Counted from the first letter of the stretch, positions 20,051 through 29,957 are shown. The stretch is DNA of 64,000 nt from an uncultured Nitrospiraceae bacterium (GCA_963727805.1 CAVSHF010000003.1:960001-1024000), one strand, 5' to 3'. The notes: a model not told the origin generated them from the letters alone. Numbers and translations: made by a program.

Positions 20051-20476
20051 CTACTCTCCACTCCCATCTTTCAAGATTTGTTGAAGGTGCTTGGTCCTTT
20101 CACGGGTTAATTCAGCTTTCCGAAATAAGAAAGACATTGGATACATGCTACCCCAGCAGATTCTTACGTTGTCTTCAGGGCATGCAAATCTTGCTTCAAG
20201 ATCAGCATCACGAAATGCCAGCCAAGCTTTCTGGGCAAGCTGTAGTTTGCTAATAAATAACGGGTCATCAGCCTCTTTCTTGATGAGAGACTGATACGTT
20301 TGATTGAGCGCTTTGTCTGCCTTGGCCAAGTCATCACTAGCGCAGGCGTTTAGTTCTAATTGGCCCCCGCTATCGTTACATTTGATCTCATCGCCAGCCC
20401 ATAATGCGATTGGCACAAGCGCGATCAAGGCAAAGAGAACTGCTCGAATAATAATTCGAATCCCCCATTCTAACAA
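20051..20476 (-). CDS. LprI/DUF1311-family secreted protein
   Basis: LNACA...ADKALN..Y..L; AQKAWL.FRD. Confidence 0.85.
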   Translation of the reverse strand: MLEWGIRIIIRAVLFALIALVPIALWAGDEIKCNDSGGQLELNACASDDLAKADKALNQTYQSLIKKEADDPLFISKLQLAQKAWLAFRDADLEARFACPEDNVRICWGSMYPMSFLFRKAELTRERTKHLQQILKDGSGE

Positions 20477-20766
20477 TTACGATACCAACTTGGTCTTTTC
20501 TGCCAAAAGTATATCACACTTCAACACATAATAGAATATTGCTGTAACATATATTTCTTTAATATCATCCCATTAAAATTTGACAACTTGTGATAACACG
20601 AGATGCATTATTTTTGTTCCCTTGATGATCCGACTTTAATTATTCTATTATTGGAATGTTTTGTCGCTCAAAGAAAATATGCCGGGCAGATTATACTCAC
20701 CGAAGTCATTTCAAGGAAGTCTACAGCAGTGGATTGACGGCCTGAGAATCGCCACCTAATAGACGC

Positions 20767-21012
20767 CTATGCCTTTTTCTGTCGGTCCTCACCATGCGCC
20801 TTAGATCTGTCCGTTCGTATCAATCTGCGTACAAAAAAGACTACGCCCAGCGCAATAGCAATCCAGGATATTACCATGACTATTGTAATCCATGTCGGTA
20901 GGCTCGCACCCTGCTCGTCGATGTGGCCCGGACGATCTCCATGGGCATAGGCCGATGATGCAGCGCACAGAACCGCCACCGCTACGACGTTTACCAATTC
21001 ATACAATCTCAT
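20767..21012 (-). CDS. small membrane protein
   Basis: Signal peptide ending AYA-HGD, one TM, basic tail. Confidence 0.6.
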   Translation of the reverse strand: MRLYELVNVVAVAVLCAASSAYAHGDRPGHIDEQGASLPTWITIVMVISWIAIALGVVFFVRRLIRTDRSKAHGEDRQKKA

Positions 21013-21149
21013 GCGGTTGTTCCATTTTTATTTTCGATCAACGTTTTTATCTGCTTACACATGCCGTACATACAATGGAAAAAGCCGCGCATACCATTGC
21101 GGCATCCCCAAAAAGGATTTCAGAGCTTACAACATAGCCAACACTCTTA

Positions 21150-21551
21150 TTACTTACAATAGCTGCAACTGTCCTCGCAATATTTGCACCTGTATCCCGA
21201 TTTGACACAAACATTGAAACATTTGACGTCCTTATAGCGTTGACCCTGCCCCGGCTGCACCTTTTGACTGCCGCTATCACTTGTGCCACAGTTACAACTT
21301 GACTGACAGCATTTTTGAGTGTCATCTTGAACTCTGCAGCCCTTACAGCACTCCCTTTCAGAGGATGCTGACATAGCACCGGGAGGAAGAGTCACTAAAG
21401 CAATTAAAAAAATTATCAGTAGAACTAAGGGCCCAATTGGCAGGGTATCTTGCATGGTCGTGATTTTACGGTGGATCTTCTGTCCTTCTTTACAGTTTTC
21501 AGAAAAGTCAGATTCATCAGCTGACGAGGTGGTGAAGAGATAATTGTCCAT
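21150..21551 (-). CDS. Cys-rich exported protein
   Basis: RBS GGAGG; hydrophobic segment; 13 Cys in the C-terminal ~66 aa. Confidence 0.6.
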   Translation of the reverse strand: MDNYLFTTSSADESDFSENCKEGQKIHRKITTMQDTLPIGPLVLLIIFLIALVTLPPGAMSASSERECCKGCRVQDDTQKCCQSSCNCGTSDSGSQKVQPGQGQRYKDVKCFNVCVKSGYRCKYCEDSCSYCK

Positions 21552-21632
21552 GATGTCCTCCAGTAGTCGGATAAGACAATACCCGATATGAAGTATTAAC
21601 AGAACCTTCTATAATACTACTGCATAAGCGCA

Positions 21633-22907
21633 TTAATTCGCTATTGCAGGCCCGCTTAAGGTGCGAAGAAAGGCCTCAAGCTGGTCTAATTCCTTATCGC
21701 TCAATTCGCCGTGGCCAAGCTCATGACTATCCGATCCGCGGTAAAACTTGAGTACCTCTTTTAGTGTTGAGAATTGACCGGCGTGCATATAGGGAGCTCT
21801 TTGAGCAACATTTCTCAATGTAGGCGTCTTAAAGGCGCCTGAATATTTTGTTGTATTCGTATCCAGGTATCTCAGTTCCGCACAATCACCGGGGCCGGCA
21901 TCGCTGTATTTGCCCAGACAGTTAAACTCATCCGCGAGTACCTTCCTGATGCCGTCAGCCCTTCCATTGTCGCGAGGCATTTTGGTAGGCGTCGGTACGC
22001 CAGTATTATGAAAGTCGCTATTGGTAAAGAGAGGGCCAGTATGGCAATTTGTGCATTTGGCCTTGCCTATAAAGAGCCTGAGGCCGCCCGCTTCGTCAGG
22101 TGTAAACATCTTTGAAAGAGCCGTCGTATCGCTGTCGATAAGAGCCTTGGCATACCCATCAAATCGTGACGGTCCTGGAACAATAGTCCGGACATAAGCG
22201 GCAATTGCCTTGCCCATGTTGGCATAAATGCGATCAACCTCATCACGCTGGACCGGCGTCATCGATGCCCATGTCTTGAGTGAAACGATATCTTCCGTGG
22301 CAGGGCTCGCGACAGCATTTTTTATGTCGGGTATCTTACCGAAAATCGCCTCATATTCTGTCCGGTAATGCCTGGCGATCAGATAGGCGCATGCTGTCCT
22401 TGTAAATCCGTGCTCGACGTTGCTCTCAAGCGGACCCAGTGCCTGCGACCAGAGGCTGTCTTTTCTCCCGTCCCAGAAAAACCATGTATTATAGGCAACT
22501 CCCAACAGAGGCATCGATCTTCTTGTTGTGGATCCTATCCCATGCGCCAACGGAAGGTCATCGGTAAAGCTCATGTCGGGCCTATGGCAGGTGGCGCATG
22601 ATACTTTCAGGTTTCCGCTAAAACGCGAATCAAAGAAGAATCTTTTGCCGAGCGCTATGGCTGCAGGATTATCGGCAAAGGAATTAGAAGGATCTTTCGG
22701 TAGGGCTGGCAGAGATCCTATCCATAAAGAACGTATGACAGAGATCTCCTTTTGATCCCATGAATGAATGCCGTTTTCTGAGGCGCATGCCATCGGTGCG
22801 AGATGTAACGGTATCGCTAATACTACTATGAATAAAAGCGCTGACAGGTGATAATGTCTTTGTGCATTCTTAATGATTTTCATAGGGACATTCTCGTTAT
22901 GGCACAA
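21633..22907 (-). CDS. diheme cytochrome c peroxidase/MauG/MbnH-family protein
   Basis: LGKRFFFD.RFS; SCATCH; FWDGR; CTNCH; FKTPTLRNV...PYMHAG (start may be 22883). Confidence 0.9.
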   Translation of the reverse strand: MCHNENVPMKIIKNAQRHYHLSALLFIVVLAIPLHLAPMACASENGIHSWDQKEISVIRSLWIGSLPALPKDPSNSFADNPAAIALGKRFFFDSRFSGNLKVSCATCHRPDMSFTDDLPLAHGIGSTTRRSMPLLGVAYNTWFFWDGRKDSLWSQALGPLESNVEHGFTRTACAYLIARHYRTEYEAIFGKIPDIKNAVASPATEDIVSLKTWASMTPVQRDEVDRIYANMGKAIAAYVRTIVPGPSRFDGYAKALIDSDTTALSKMFTPDEAGGLRLFIGKAKCTNCHTGPLFTNSDFHNTGVPTPTKMPRDNGRADGIRKVLADEFNCLGKYSDAGPGDCAELRYLDTNTTKYSGAFKTPTLRNVAQRAPYMHAGQFSTLKEVLKFYRGSDSHELGHGELSDKELDQLEAFLRTLSGPAIAN

Positions 22908-23733
22908 TAAGGTTAAAGGTAATAATGTCTTCCATGCCCTCTGCCTTTATCTTAAATGTCATCACCCACCATCCAGGCATACTGAATTTCAGCCCTTGTA
23001 CGACATAATCTCCGGCAACTGCACCCTCAGCTACCTCTGGCATAGTTGGAAGGCCGTGCCCATGTTCAGGCATTTCACCACTAAGGACGACTTCCGCGTT
23101 CTTTACGGCGCGACCATCTGCCATCACGACTCTCAATTTCCAGCTGATTATCCTGCCGACCGGGATCGGCATGACATTGCTTGCATATGACGCTCTGAAC
23201 AGTTTTTTTACTGACTCGCGGGCTGCAGATGTGTCGACATCTGCAGGGGCTGAAGAATGCATCATTTTATGCTCATCCTGCGACATTGATGCCGATCTGC
23301 TAACGTCCGGGAAATCGAAGGTGACATTGTCCTCTGTATTGTTCTTCTGAATCTTCAGTCGAAGCTCCCAGCGCCCTTCCATTATTAGGATTATATTTTC
23401 GACGCTATATGTACCCCCGCCCCTCTCTTTGACCACTGGCTTCTCAAAAACACCATGACCCATCTCCGGCATCCAGGGGACGACCTTTATTTCCGCACCG
23501 GCCACATCCTTGTCGCTTTTGTCGTGGACGATTATGTCAAGAGTATTAACTCCCACTTTAAGGTCTTTATCTTTGATCACCATCTCGACAGAGTATACGC
23601 CATTGTCCGTCATCTTGAAGAGGCTCTGCTCATAGTGTTTCGTGTGTTGATCGGCTTCTGAATGACCTGTATGAGCGGCAAACACAATTAACGGGAAAAG
23701 CACAACAGCTATGGCTAATAAAACAGTTCTCAT
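22897..23733 (-). CDS. FixH/YtkA-like double-domain periplasmic protein
   Basis: Signal peptide; WMPEMGHG..MEGRW and MPEHGHG..MPGWW. Confidence 0.85.
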   Translation of the reverse strand: MRTVLLAIAVVLFPLIVFAAHTGHSEADQHTKHYEQSLFKMTDNGVYSVEMVIKDKDLKVGVNTLDIIVHDKSDKDVAGAEIKVVPWMPEMGHGVFEKPVVKERGGGTYSVENIILIMEGRWELRLKIQKNNTEDNVTFDFPDVSRSASMSQDEHKMMHSSAPADVDTSAARESVKKLFRASYASNVMPIPVGRIISWKLRVVMADGRAVKNAEVVLSGEMPEHGHGLPTMPEVAEGAVAGDYVVQGLKFSMPGWWVMTFKIKAEGMEDIITFNLIVP

Positions 23734-23812
23734 GGCAGGGACCTCATTCCAATAGATATAGGATGTTCTAAAAAAATATTCCTTGTCAGCAGCTGTACTA
23801 TGCTAATAAACA

Positions 23813-23844
23813 GTCAGGGCAGGAACATTAAGTCCTGCCCTGAC
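23813..23844. terminator. intergenic hairpin
   Basis: GTCAGGGCAGGA/TCCTGCCCTGAC inverted repeat. Confidence 0.7.
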
Positions 23845-23852
23845 GAATCAGA

Positions 23853-24602
23853 CTATTTAGAGCCGGCTGAAGGCATCTTGGAAAGTAAATCGATGACTTT
23901 CATGGCAGCTTCGCCATGCTGATGAGACATCGCCATCATTGGGTTGTCCATCGTCATGCCCTTTTCATGCATGTCCATCATCTCTTTGCCGCCCATCATG
24001 TCGGATACCATGGGTTTGGCATCCTTCATCATCTCTTTTCCGTGCTCGACTGTCATCTTGTCTACAGCACCTGCCATGCCCATCTCCCCAAGCATTACCA
24101 TATTAGCTCCTTCGGCAGCCATTTGCAAGGCATGATTGACCATCATATGCATATGGTGCATTGACATCATGCCAGGAGCGGACATGTCCTCCATAGACAT
24201 CTTTTCGAGTATGTCAGCGACTTTGAGCATAGATTCGCCAAGTTGATGTGTGTAGTCCATCATCGGGTCCTTGCCATGTTTCTTCATCATAGCTGTCATC
24301 TCCGGGCCATTTAGGGCACGAACGATCAATTCCTTGCCTTCTTTCATCATGTGGTGTCCGTGATGGAGCATCTTTTCATCGACTCCCGGTGCCATTTTCA
24401 TCTGCGCAAGCATCGCCATATTCGAACCCTCGGCTATCATCGATATGCCGTGATTCATCAGCATATGGAAGTGATGCATGTGCATAGAGGCATCATGGCC
24501 CTTGTGCTTCATCTCTTCAGCATTTGCAGAACCAAACATAGCAAAAGACAAGATAACTGCTAATACAATTATCCTGTTAAGTCTTTTCATCATACCTTTC
24601 AT
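23853..24602 (-). CDS. extremely Met/His-rich periplasmic protein with two internal repeats
   Basis: Signal peptide; MHH.HM..NH...M.AEG.NM.ML..M.MA..VD occurs twice; RBS AGGAGG. Confidence 0.8.
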   Translation of the reverse strand: MKGMMKRLNRIIVLAVILSFAMFGSANAEEMKHKGHDASMHMHHFHMLMNHGISMIAEGSNMAMLAQMKMAPGVDEKMLHHGHHMMKEGKELIVRALNGPEMTAMMKKHGKDPMMDYTHQLGESMLKVADILEKMSMEDMSAPGMMSMHHMHMMVNHALQMAAEGANMVMLGEMGMAGAVDKMTVEHGKEMMKDAKPMVSDMMGGKEMMDMHEKGMTMDNPMMAMSHQHGEAAMKVIDLLSKMPSAGSK

Positions 24603-24794
24603 AAATAATCCTCCTTTGTTGTCGGTCTAAACCGACTTTCGGTTATCTTAAAGATAACGTGTAGCCATATAAAATATAGCTATGATCGATCCGTCAAACA
24701 ACTTCACCGTAAGTTTGTGCAAATCGCCTGTCACCATTACGTCCGCAGTGGTGGAAGAAATCACTGGATTATGTTCATCCAGTGACATGTCTGC

Positions 24795-26129
24795 CTATCC
24801 ACTACTGACCGGGAAGGCAAAGGTGACATTGTCCTCTGCATTGTCCTTTTTAATCTTCAGCCTCATCTCCCAGCGTCCTTCCATTATAAGCACAACATTT
24901 TCTACACTATATGTACCGCCTCCCTTCTCTTTGACTACGGGTTTATCAAAGACCCCATGCCCCATCTCCGGCATCCAGGGGACAACATTCATTTCCGCGC
25001 CAGTTACCTCTTTCCCATTTTTGTCCTGGAGCACGACGTCAAAAGTATTAACTCCCACCTGAAGAGCTTGATCTTTGATCACAATCTTCACAGAATACAG
25101 ACCATTGGCCGTCATCTTTAACAGACTCTGCTCATTGACCTGTTCCTTACGTTGACTCATGCCACGATCGGTACTCGTTTCAGGATTTGAAAGCGTTCTT
25201 TGTTCGCGTTCCAGCAGCAGCATATGGACAGCATGACGTGCGGGGACTTCTTGTGTGAAAAGAGAGACACAGAAAAGTATCGCCAGTATCAGGAAAGCTT
25301 CGACTCTGCTCCGCTTGAGAAACTTTGTAACGTATGCAGCTTCGTCCTTTCCCTTCTGAGGAGGGGCGATGTATCTTGAAGTGAGATATGCAAAGATAAG
25401 CAACTTGATCGAAAGTAACCGTCCGTAGGTATTCGTCAGAAGTGCCCCGAAGGATCCGACATCTACCCAGGCGTTGTAAAGCCCCGTAAAGACGAGCACA
25501 GCAAAAACAGGACCGAAAAGGACGTAGAACCTGTCAGCTATGCCAGATACGATATGCTGCTGTTCGACGTTGTCCGCTATTTTAGATGCAGAAAACATAA
25601 TCGATATCGTCAGTAGTGTTCCTCCCCAGGAGATAGATGCCAGAAGATGGAACCAGTCTGATAATTCCTGCAGGCTAAAGTCTCCGTTGTCTGCACCGTG
25701 GCTTGTCGCACTGCGTGAAAAGGCAATGGCAGCGCAGGCTAAAAGCAATACAATAGCTATAATACGTGAATTCAGATGCCGATTCCCCAGCCACCAAACA
25801 CACCAGGCTAAGACGATACCAACCGCCCTCACGAGCCACATGCTTCCATAATGCGAACTGAACAGAACAGTTGGCAATACAGGGACTATTTCCGTGATGC
25901 CCAGACCTGCCATCACCATAGCTCGCTGCACAAGGAGGCCTAAGCTGCTGATGCTCAGTCCGACAAGGCAAAATAAGAGCAGCCTGCGGCAACCGTCAGA
26001 ACATTGGTTGGTTGGTGAGTCGACGGATACCGGGCGCATAGTCCAGAAAAGGCAAAGGATAGTGCCAACGAACAAGGATAGCGCCGAAAGATCGATGAAC
26101 GGCATCAAGCTATGCAGAAATATATCCAT
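24795..26129 (-). CDS. copD: CopD copper-uptake protein fused to a C-terminal YtkA domain
   Basis: SHYG..W..R; TSHGA; HLLA.ISWGG; TG.YN; YGRLL.IK; tail WMPEMGHG; RBS GAGG before MDIF. Confidence 0.85.
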   Translation of the reverse strand: MDIFLHSLMPFIDLSALSLFVGTILCLFWTMRPVSVDSPTNQCSDGCRRLLLFCLVGLSISSLGLLVQRAMVMAGLGITEIVPVLPTVLFSSHYGSMWLVRAVGIVLAWCVWWLGNRHLNSRIIAIVLLLACAAIAFSRSATSHGADNGDFSLQELSDWFHLLASISWGGTLLTISIMFSASKIADNVEQQHIVSGIADRFYVLFGPVFAVLVFTGLYNAWVDVGSFGALLTNTYGRLLSIKLLIFAYLTSRYIAPPQKGKDEAAYVTKFLKRSRVEAFLILAILFCVSLFTQEVPARHAVHMLLLEREQRTLSNPETSTDRGMSQRKEQVNEQSLLKMTANGLYSVKIVIKDQALQVGVNTFDVVLQDKNGKEVTGAEMNVVPWMPEMGHGVFDKPVVKEKGGGTYSVENVVLIMEGRWEMRLKIKKDNAEDNVTFAFPVSSG

Positions 26130-26139
26130 GTCATTGACC

Positions 26140-26514
26140 TCATTTGATCGTAAATCTATAATCCCCGGTAGTGCGGTGTCCGTCTCTTGCCACGACGTTC
26201 CAAATGACACGATAGGTTCCAGCCGGCAGCGGAGGCAAGCCGACTTCGAGCAGGACCGAATTGGAGGGGTTCACCCGGCTGTTGCCCTGGTCCACTTGTT
26301 TGCCACTCATGTCCTGGACTGTCATCTTGCTGAAGGCCGGCTCAATATCCCCATCGAACCATATATATGCGCCGACAGGCGGAGTCGAAATAGTCTCCCC
26401 GACCCTCGGAATTGAATGATCGGGGAAGGCATGCCCATGGGACATACTAGGTAATACAAGCAGTAACGCAAGATAAGAAAGCGCTACTGCCGTCCTGACA
26501 TTCATGATATGCAT
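26140..26514 (-). CDS. copC: CopC copper-binding protein
   Basis: Mature N-terminus HAFPDHS.P; G.Y.V.W.VV..DGH...G.Y.F. Confidence 0.92.
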   Translation of the reverse strand: MHIMNVRTAVALSYLALLLVLPSMSHGHAFPDHSIPRVGETISTPPVGAYIWFDGDIEPAFSKMTVQDMSGKQVDQGNSRVNPSNSVLLEVGLPPLPAGTYRVIWNVVARDGHRTTGDYRFTIK

Positions 26515-26520
26515 AAGAGT

Positions 26521-27528
26521 TTAGTGAAAAATCGGCCCGCCTATGCTCTTCGGGAACAGGTCATCAACAAATAAATGTATCAGACCAAGAACGCCGACAG
26601 TCTTCCCCGACCTTGAGTTGACAGGCAGTTCTGCAGCAATTCCGAACTCCATGAACTTCCCCGCCCACACCACACCCGGGTTGATAGTTCCAGTCGTCAG
26701 TCCCTTACTGTCCTGGCTCACGTTGGTCTGCATGGGAAATTCCACGACAAGGATCATGCGTTTGAAGGGATCCGGCAGGCCGATGTCTTTTACATGCTGT
26801 TGCAGGTACATGAGACTGTACTGAATTGTGAACCCCCAGTTAAAAGTCTTAGCATTGTAACTTATAGTCGTGTCTCCAGTATCCGGATCCGTACTGACAT
26901 TCTTGCTTCGTGTGGGGAACCCCATACCAATAGCTCCTGTAACTGCAAACGGTCTGATAAAACTAACGGAGTCTGGCAGATCGCCAAGACCCTTTCCGAA
27001 AAAGAGCCCAGGTGTTACGGTCGAAAATGAGTCCGAAATCTGATGTGCCCCTGTGCCTCCAAGGTCGACGTCAGTACCGATTGACATAATCAGTTCATGG
27101 GGAGCATTTGTCAAAAACTGCCATTTCGCACCCACACCGAGGTTATCCCAGCCATGCGCCGAGGTGCCATCATCGAACTTCTGGTGTATGTATGCTTCAT
27201 GAAATTCAAACCCGAAGTTCGGGATCAGGCGTTTGGAAACGTCGATGTTTATGTCAGTTTCCTTCGATGCCGGGTCTCCAGATTGTCTATTGTGGTGTAT
27301 AAGGATCGAAAACTCATCTGAAATAAAGGGGTCGTCCACTGCGAATGTCGTGGGGAAAAACCTGTTGCCCGCGATACCGTGTGCCAAAGCCATGTCCGGC
27401 ACAAGAAGTACTAATGACAAGGCAACCCCAAGAGTGCTCAACAGAGATGCTGTCAGTATCGAACCTCCCGACAACGACCAACTTATCGTCCACTTTTTTT
27501 TCGCGTTTCTTTTAATAGATTTTATCAC
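26521..27528 (-). CDS. putative outer-membrane beta-barrel associated with copCD
   Basis: Signal peptide ALA-HGIAGNRFFPTT..DDP; amphipathic strands; GTG start after GGAGG. Confidence 0.65.
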   Translation of the reverse strand: MIKSIKRNAKKKWTISWSLSGGSILTASLLSTLGVALSLVLLVPDMALAHGIAGNRFFPTTFAVDDPFISDEFSILIHHNRQSGDPASKETDINIDVSKRLIPNFGFEFHEAYIHQKFDDGTSAHGWDNLGVGAKWQFLTNAPHELIMSIGTDVDLGGTGAHQISDSFSTVTPGLFFGKGLGDLPDSVSFIRPFAVTGAIGMGFPTRSKNVSTDPDTGDTTISYNAKTFNWGFTIQYSLMYLQQHVKDIGLPDPFKRMILVVEFPMQTNVSQDSKGLTTGTINPGVVWAGKFMEFGIAAELPVNSRSGKTVGVLGLIHLFVDDLFPKSIGGPIFH

Positions 27529-27686
27529 TTCTAAAACCTCCATATTTTTATGTTCAACATCCCTAAAGTAAGGCCGTATGGTGCCTGCTTCCTTCCACTG
27601 TTTGTCAAAAGCAAGAGAAATATCCAAGTGGTGACCTCTGCCTTGCACATACCAAATCTGGATATTTCAGACAGACAGTTTCGAAT

Positions 27687-28019
27687 CTAGCTTGCATACT
27701 CTGGGGGAGGATAATCTTGAAAGACTATCAATAAAGCGCTAGGTGTGAAACTCGATGCAGTATAACCCCCGACATAATGCATTGAAGCAGATAGGTATGC
27801 ACTTTCGTGGACAACGGGCGTGTCAATGCTCTTCTGAATCCCCTCTGTCGAAGCGTGGCAGACCTCTAGTGTAGCAATGCATGGCACGCTGGAGTTTGTA
27901 GACATGCATATATTTACTTTTGGCATTATTGATAAGACCAGACAGATTACACTTATTACCGGAATAAGTTTCGCGAAGTTTGCTATATCCAAAAAACCTT
28001 GCGATGATTTTATTTGCAT
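27687..28019 (-). CDS. DUF2946-like leader protein (TM, LEVCH, C-terminal YPPP)
   Basis: Paralog of 29958-30260; first ORF upstream of the cop operon. Confidence 0.6.
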   Translation of the reverse strand: MQIKSSQGFLDIANFAKLIPVISVICLVLSIMPKVNICMSTNSSVPCIATLEVCHASTEGIQKSIDTPVVHESAYLSASMHYVGGYTASSFTPSALLIVFQDYPPPEYAS

Positions 28020-28290
28020 GTTACCAGAATATCATGTCCTCAAAAAAAATCAAGGATGTCGGTGCATTTGTCACCGGGTTTGATGCTAAAACATGATAGA
28101 TTCTTTCCTTATTCCTCTCAGCATGCACTTTGCCGCAAGGTGTTATAGGCCATTTTTTTGTGGGGGGTCTTTCGACCCCTCCAAATCGGCTTCTATCAAT
28201 GCGTGGTGGAATTCTAAAAAAGCTCGATGAAAGAACAGATTGCCTTCTTGCGCCTGTCTCAGCACCGCCGAAGCCGTTGACAGCCCTGAG

Positions 28291-29790
28291 CTAAAACATT
28301 ACTTGAAAGCTGGCATTGAGAAGCCATTTAGTTTTCAACTGAATGCCGTTCAGGTCTTGATAGAGTGGAATACCTCCTTCAACTCCGATGCTGAAGGGAC
28401 CCTTTTGATAACTCACACCGATCAGTCCATCGAGTCGCTGGCCGCCATAGTTGTTGGGATCGGCATCTGGCATTGGCGCCCCTGTCATGGGATTCAGTAT
28501 CTCCTGGATCTGGGAATCCTGGCCCTTGATTCGCCCGGTATCGTTATAGGCAAGACGGAACGAGGGGGTAACGGGGTCTAAGGCACGCTGAATCCAACCG
28601 GTCACCTTGAAGTTGTCCCCGTAGCTCCAGCCCTCACCATTTTTTGCAGTATGCCAGGTGTACTGTGCTTGAGCGCCCCAGTTCCATTTAGCGTCGTCGC
28701 TGAGACCGTTGTAGGTAAGCGTGGGCTTGAGATCGTATGTGCCTGAACCAAGTTGCATATCATAAGGGGCGCGCAATTCCATGCCCATTACGTCTACTGT
28801 CTGCTTGATGCTGCCGGTCGGGAGGCTGAGACCGAGGCTGCCGACAAGATAGTTGTTGATCTTATACATACCTCTCAGCTCGGTGTCACCAAAACCGCTA
28901 GTGGACATAGGAGCGCTGGAGAAGGTGCCCATCATCGGGCCCATGTCCATTATCATTTTCATCTTGTTCGTCACATAACTCGTCATTGCCATCACGGTCA
29001 CACGGTCGGTGATCCCGTACATCGCCATCACCATTTGCATATCCATCGTCATGCTGGTTGGGATCATCATATAGTTATAAGGCCGGTTCCTCATAAAACC
29101 GACACTGCTATTCCCAGCGTTATTTGTCCCAGCGCGCAACCCCATCATGTCCATATGCATGAATGAGTAGTTAACCATCCACATGCCCGCTGGGTGGGTA
29201 TGGTATATGTGATCGCTGAAGGCTGGATTGAACAGCATTTGGGCGCCCGGGCCCATATCCATATGGCGCATATCATGAGCCATGTGCCCATGATGGTCGT
29301 GGTTCATCATCCCCGCCTTCGCAACATCGTCTTCAGCGGCCTTCAGCGCCTCATCAAAGGTGCTCACTTTGCCGCCGTATTCCTTCACGAAGGCCTGCGC
29401 TTCTTTCTCCTCTGCAAAAGCCCATTCCGCTAAATAAGTCATGACCCCCGGTTTACTGCCGCCAATGACCCAGGTTGCGGTCTTTACATCTATCAGCTTC
29501 GTTGTTGCATAATCGGCAACCATAATCGACTTGACCTGCTTGTTTTTGTTTTCGTTCATCTCCTCGGCTGCACAGTGGAGGCTGCAGAACCCCACCGTGG
29601 TCCCGTCGGCATAGACAATAAGCATCCGGCTCCTGACATAAACGTTCCGGTCCATCCCGCATACGTTGCAGGTCTTGGGATTCTCTATGGTGGCCGCCTC
29701 GTTGCCGGCAATTGATGTGCGCACGCAGAATAACTGAACAAGAATAAACATGACCGCAAAAGATGTTTTAAACTTTTTTAGTGGTTTCAT
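28291..29790 (-). CDS. NosL-domain / His-Met linker / beta-barrel transporter fusion
   Basis: CNVCGM..FCSLHC..V.DY...A.WV.G...GVM (NosL); HDHHGHMAHDMRHM; HTHPAG.WM; GFGD; MQLGSGTYD; terminal Phe. Confidence 0.75.
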   Translation of the reverse strand: MKPLKKFKTSFAVMFILVQLFCVRTSIAGNEAATIENPKTCNVCGMDRNVYVRSRMLIVYADGTTVGFCSLHCAAEEMNENKNKQVKSIMVADYATTKLIDVKTATWVIGGSKPGVMTYLAEWAFAEEKEAQAFVKEYGGKVSTFDEALKAAEDDVAKAGMMNHDHHGHMAHDMRHMDMGPGAQMLFNPAFSDHIYHTHPAGMWMVNYSFMHMDMMGLRAGTNNAGNSSVGFMRNRPYNYMMIPTSMTMDMQMVMAMYGITDRVTVMAMTSYVTNKMKMIMDMGPMMGTFSSAPMSTSGFGDTELRGMYKINNYLVGSLGLSLPTGSIKQTVDVMGMELRAPYDMQLGSGTYDLKPTLTYNGLSDDAKWNWGAQAQYTWHTAKNGEGWSYGDNFKVTGWIQRALDPVTPSFRLAYNDTGRIKGQDSQIQEILNPMTGAPMPDADPNNYGGQRLDGLIGVSYQKGPFSIGVEGGIPLYQDLNGIQLKTKWLLNASFQVMF

Positions 29791-29957
29791 GCTTCCCCCT
29801 TTTGTATCAGGCTAAAAGCCTTTATGATTCGTTGCTCTTCTTATTAAATTCGTTAGATTTCAACAAACTATCACTTGCAGTAGAACTACCGATTGACACA
29901 TCTCAACCCTGCGCCGCGCATATGTCACCTGGGCATTTCAGTCGAACTGTTTCGAAG

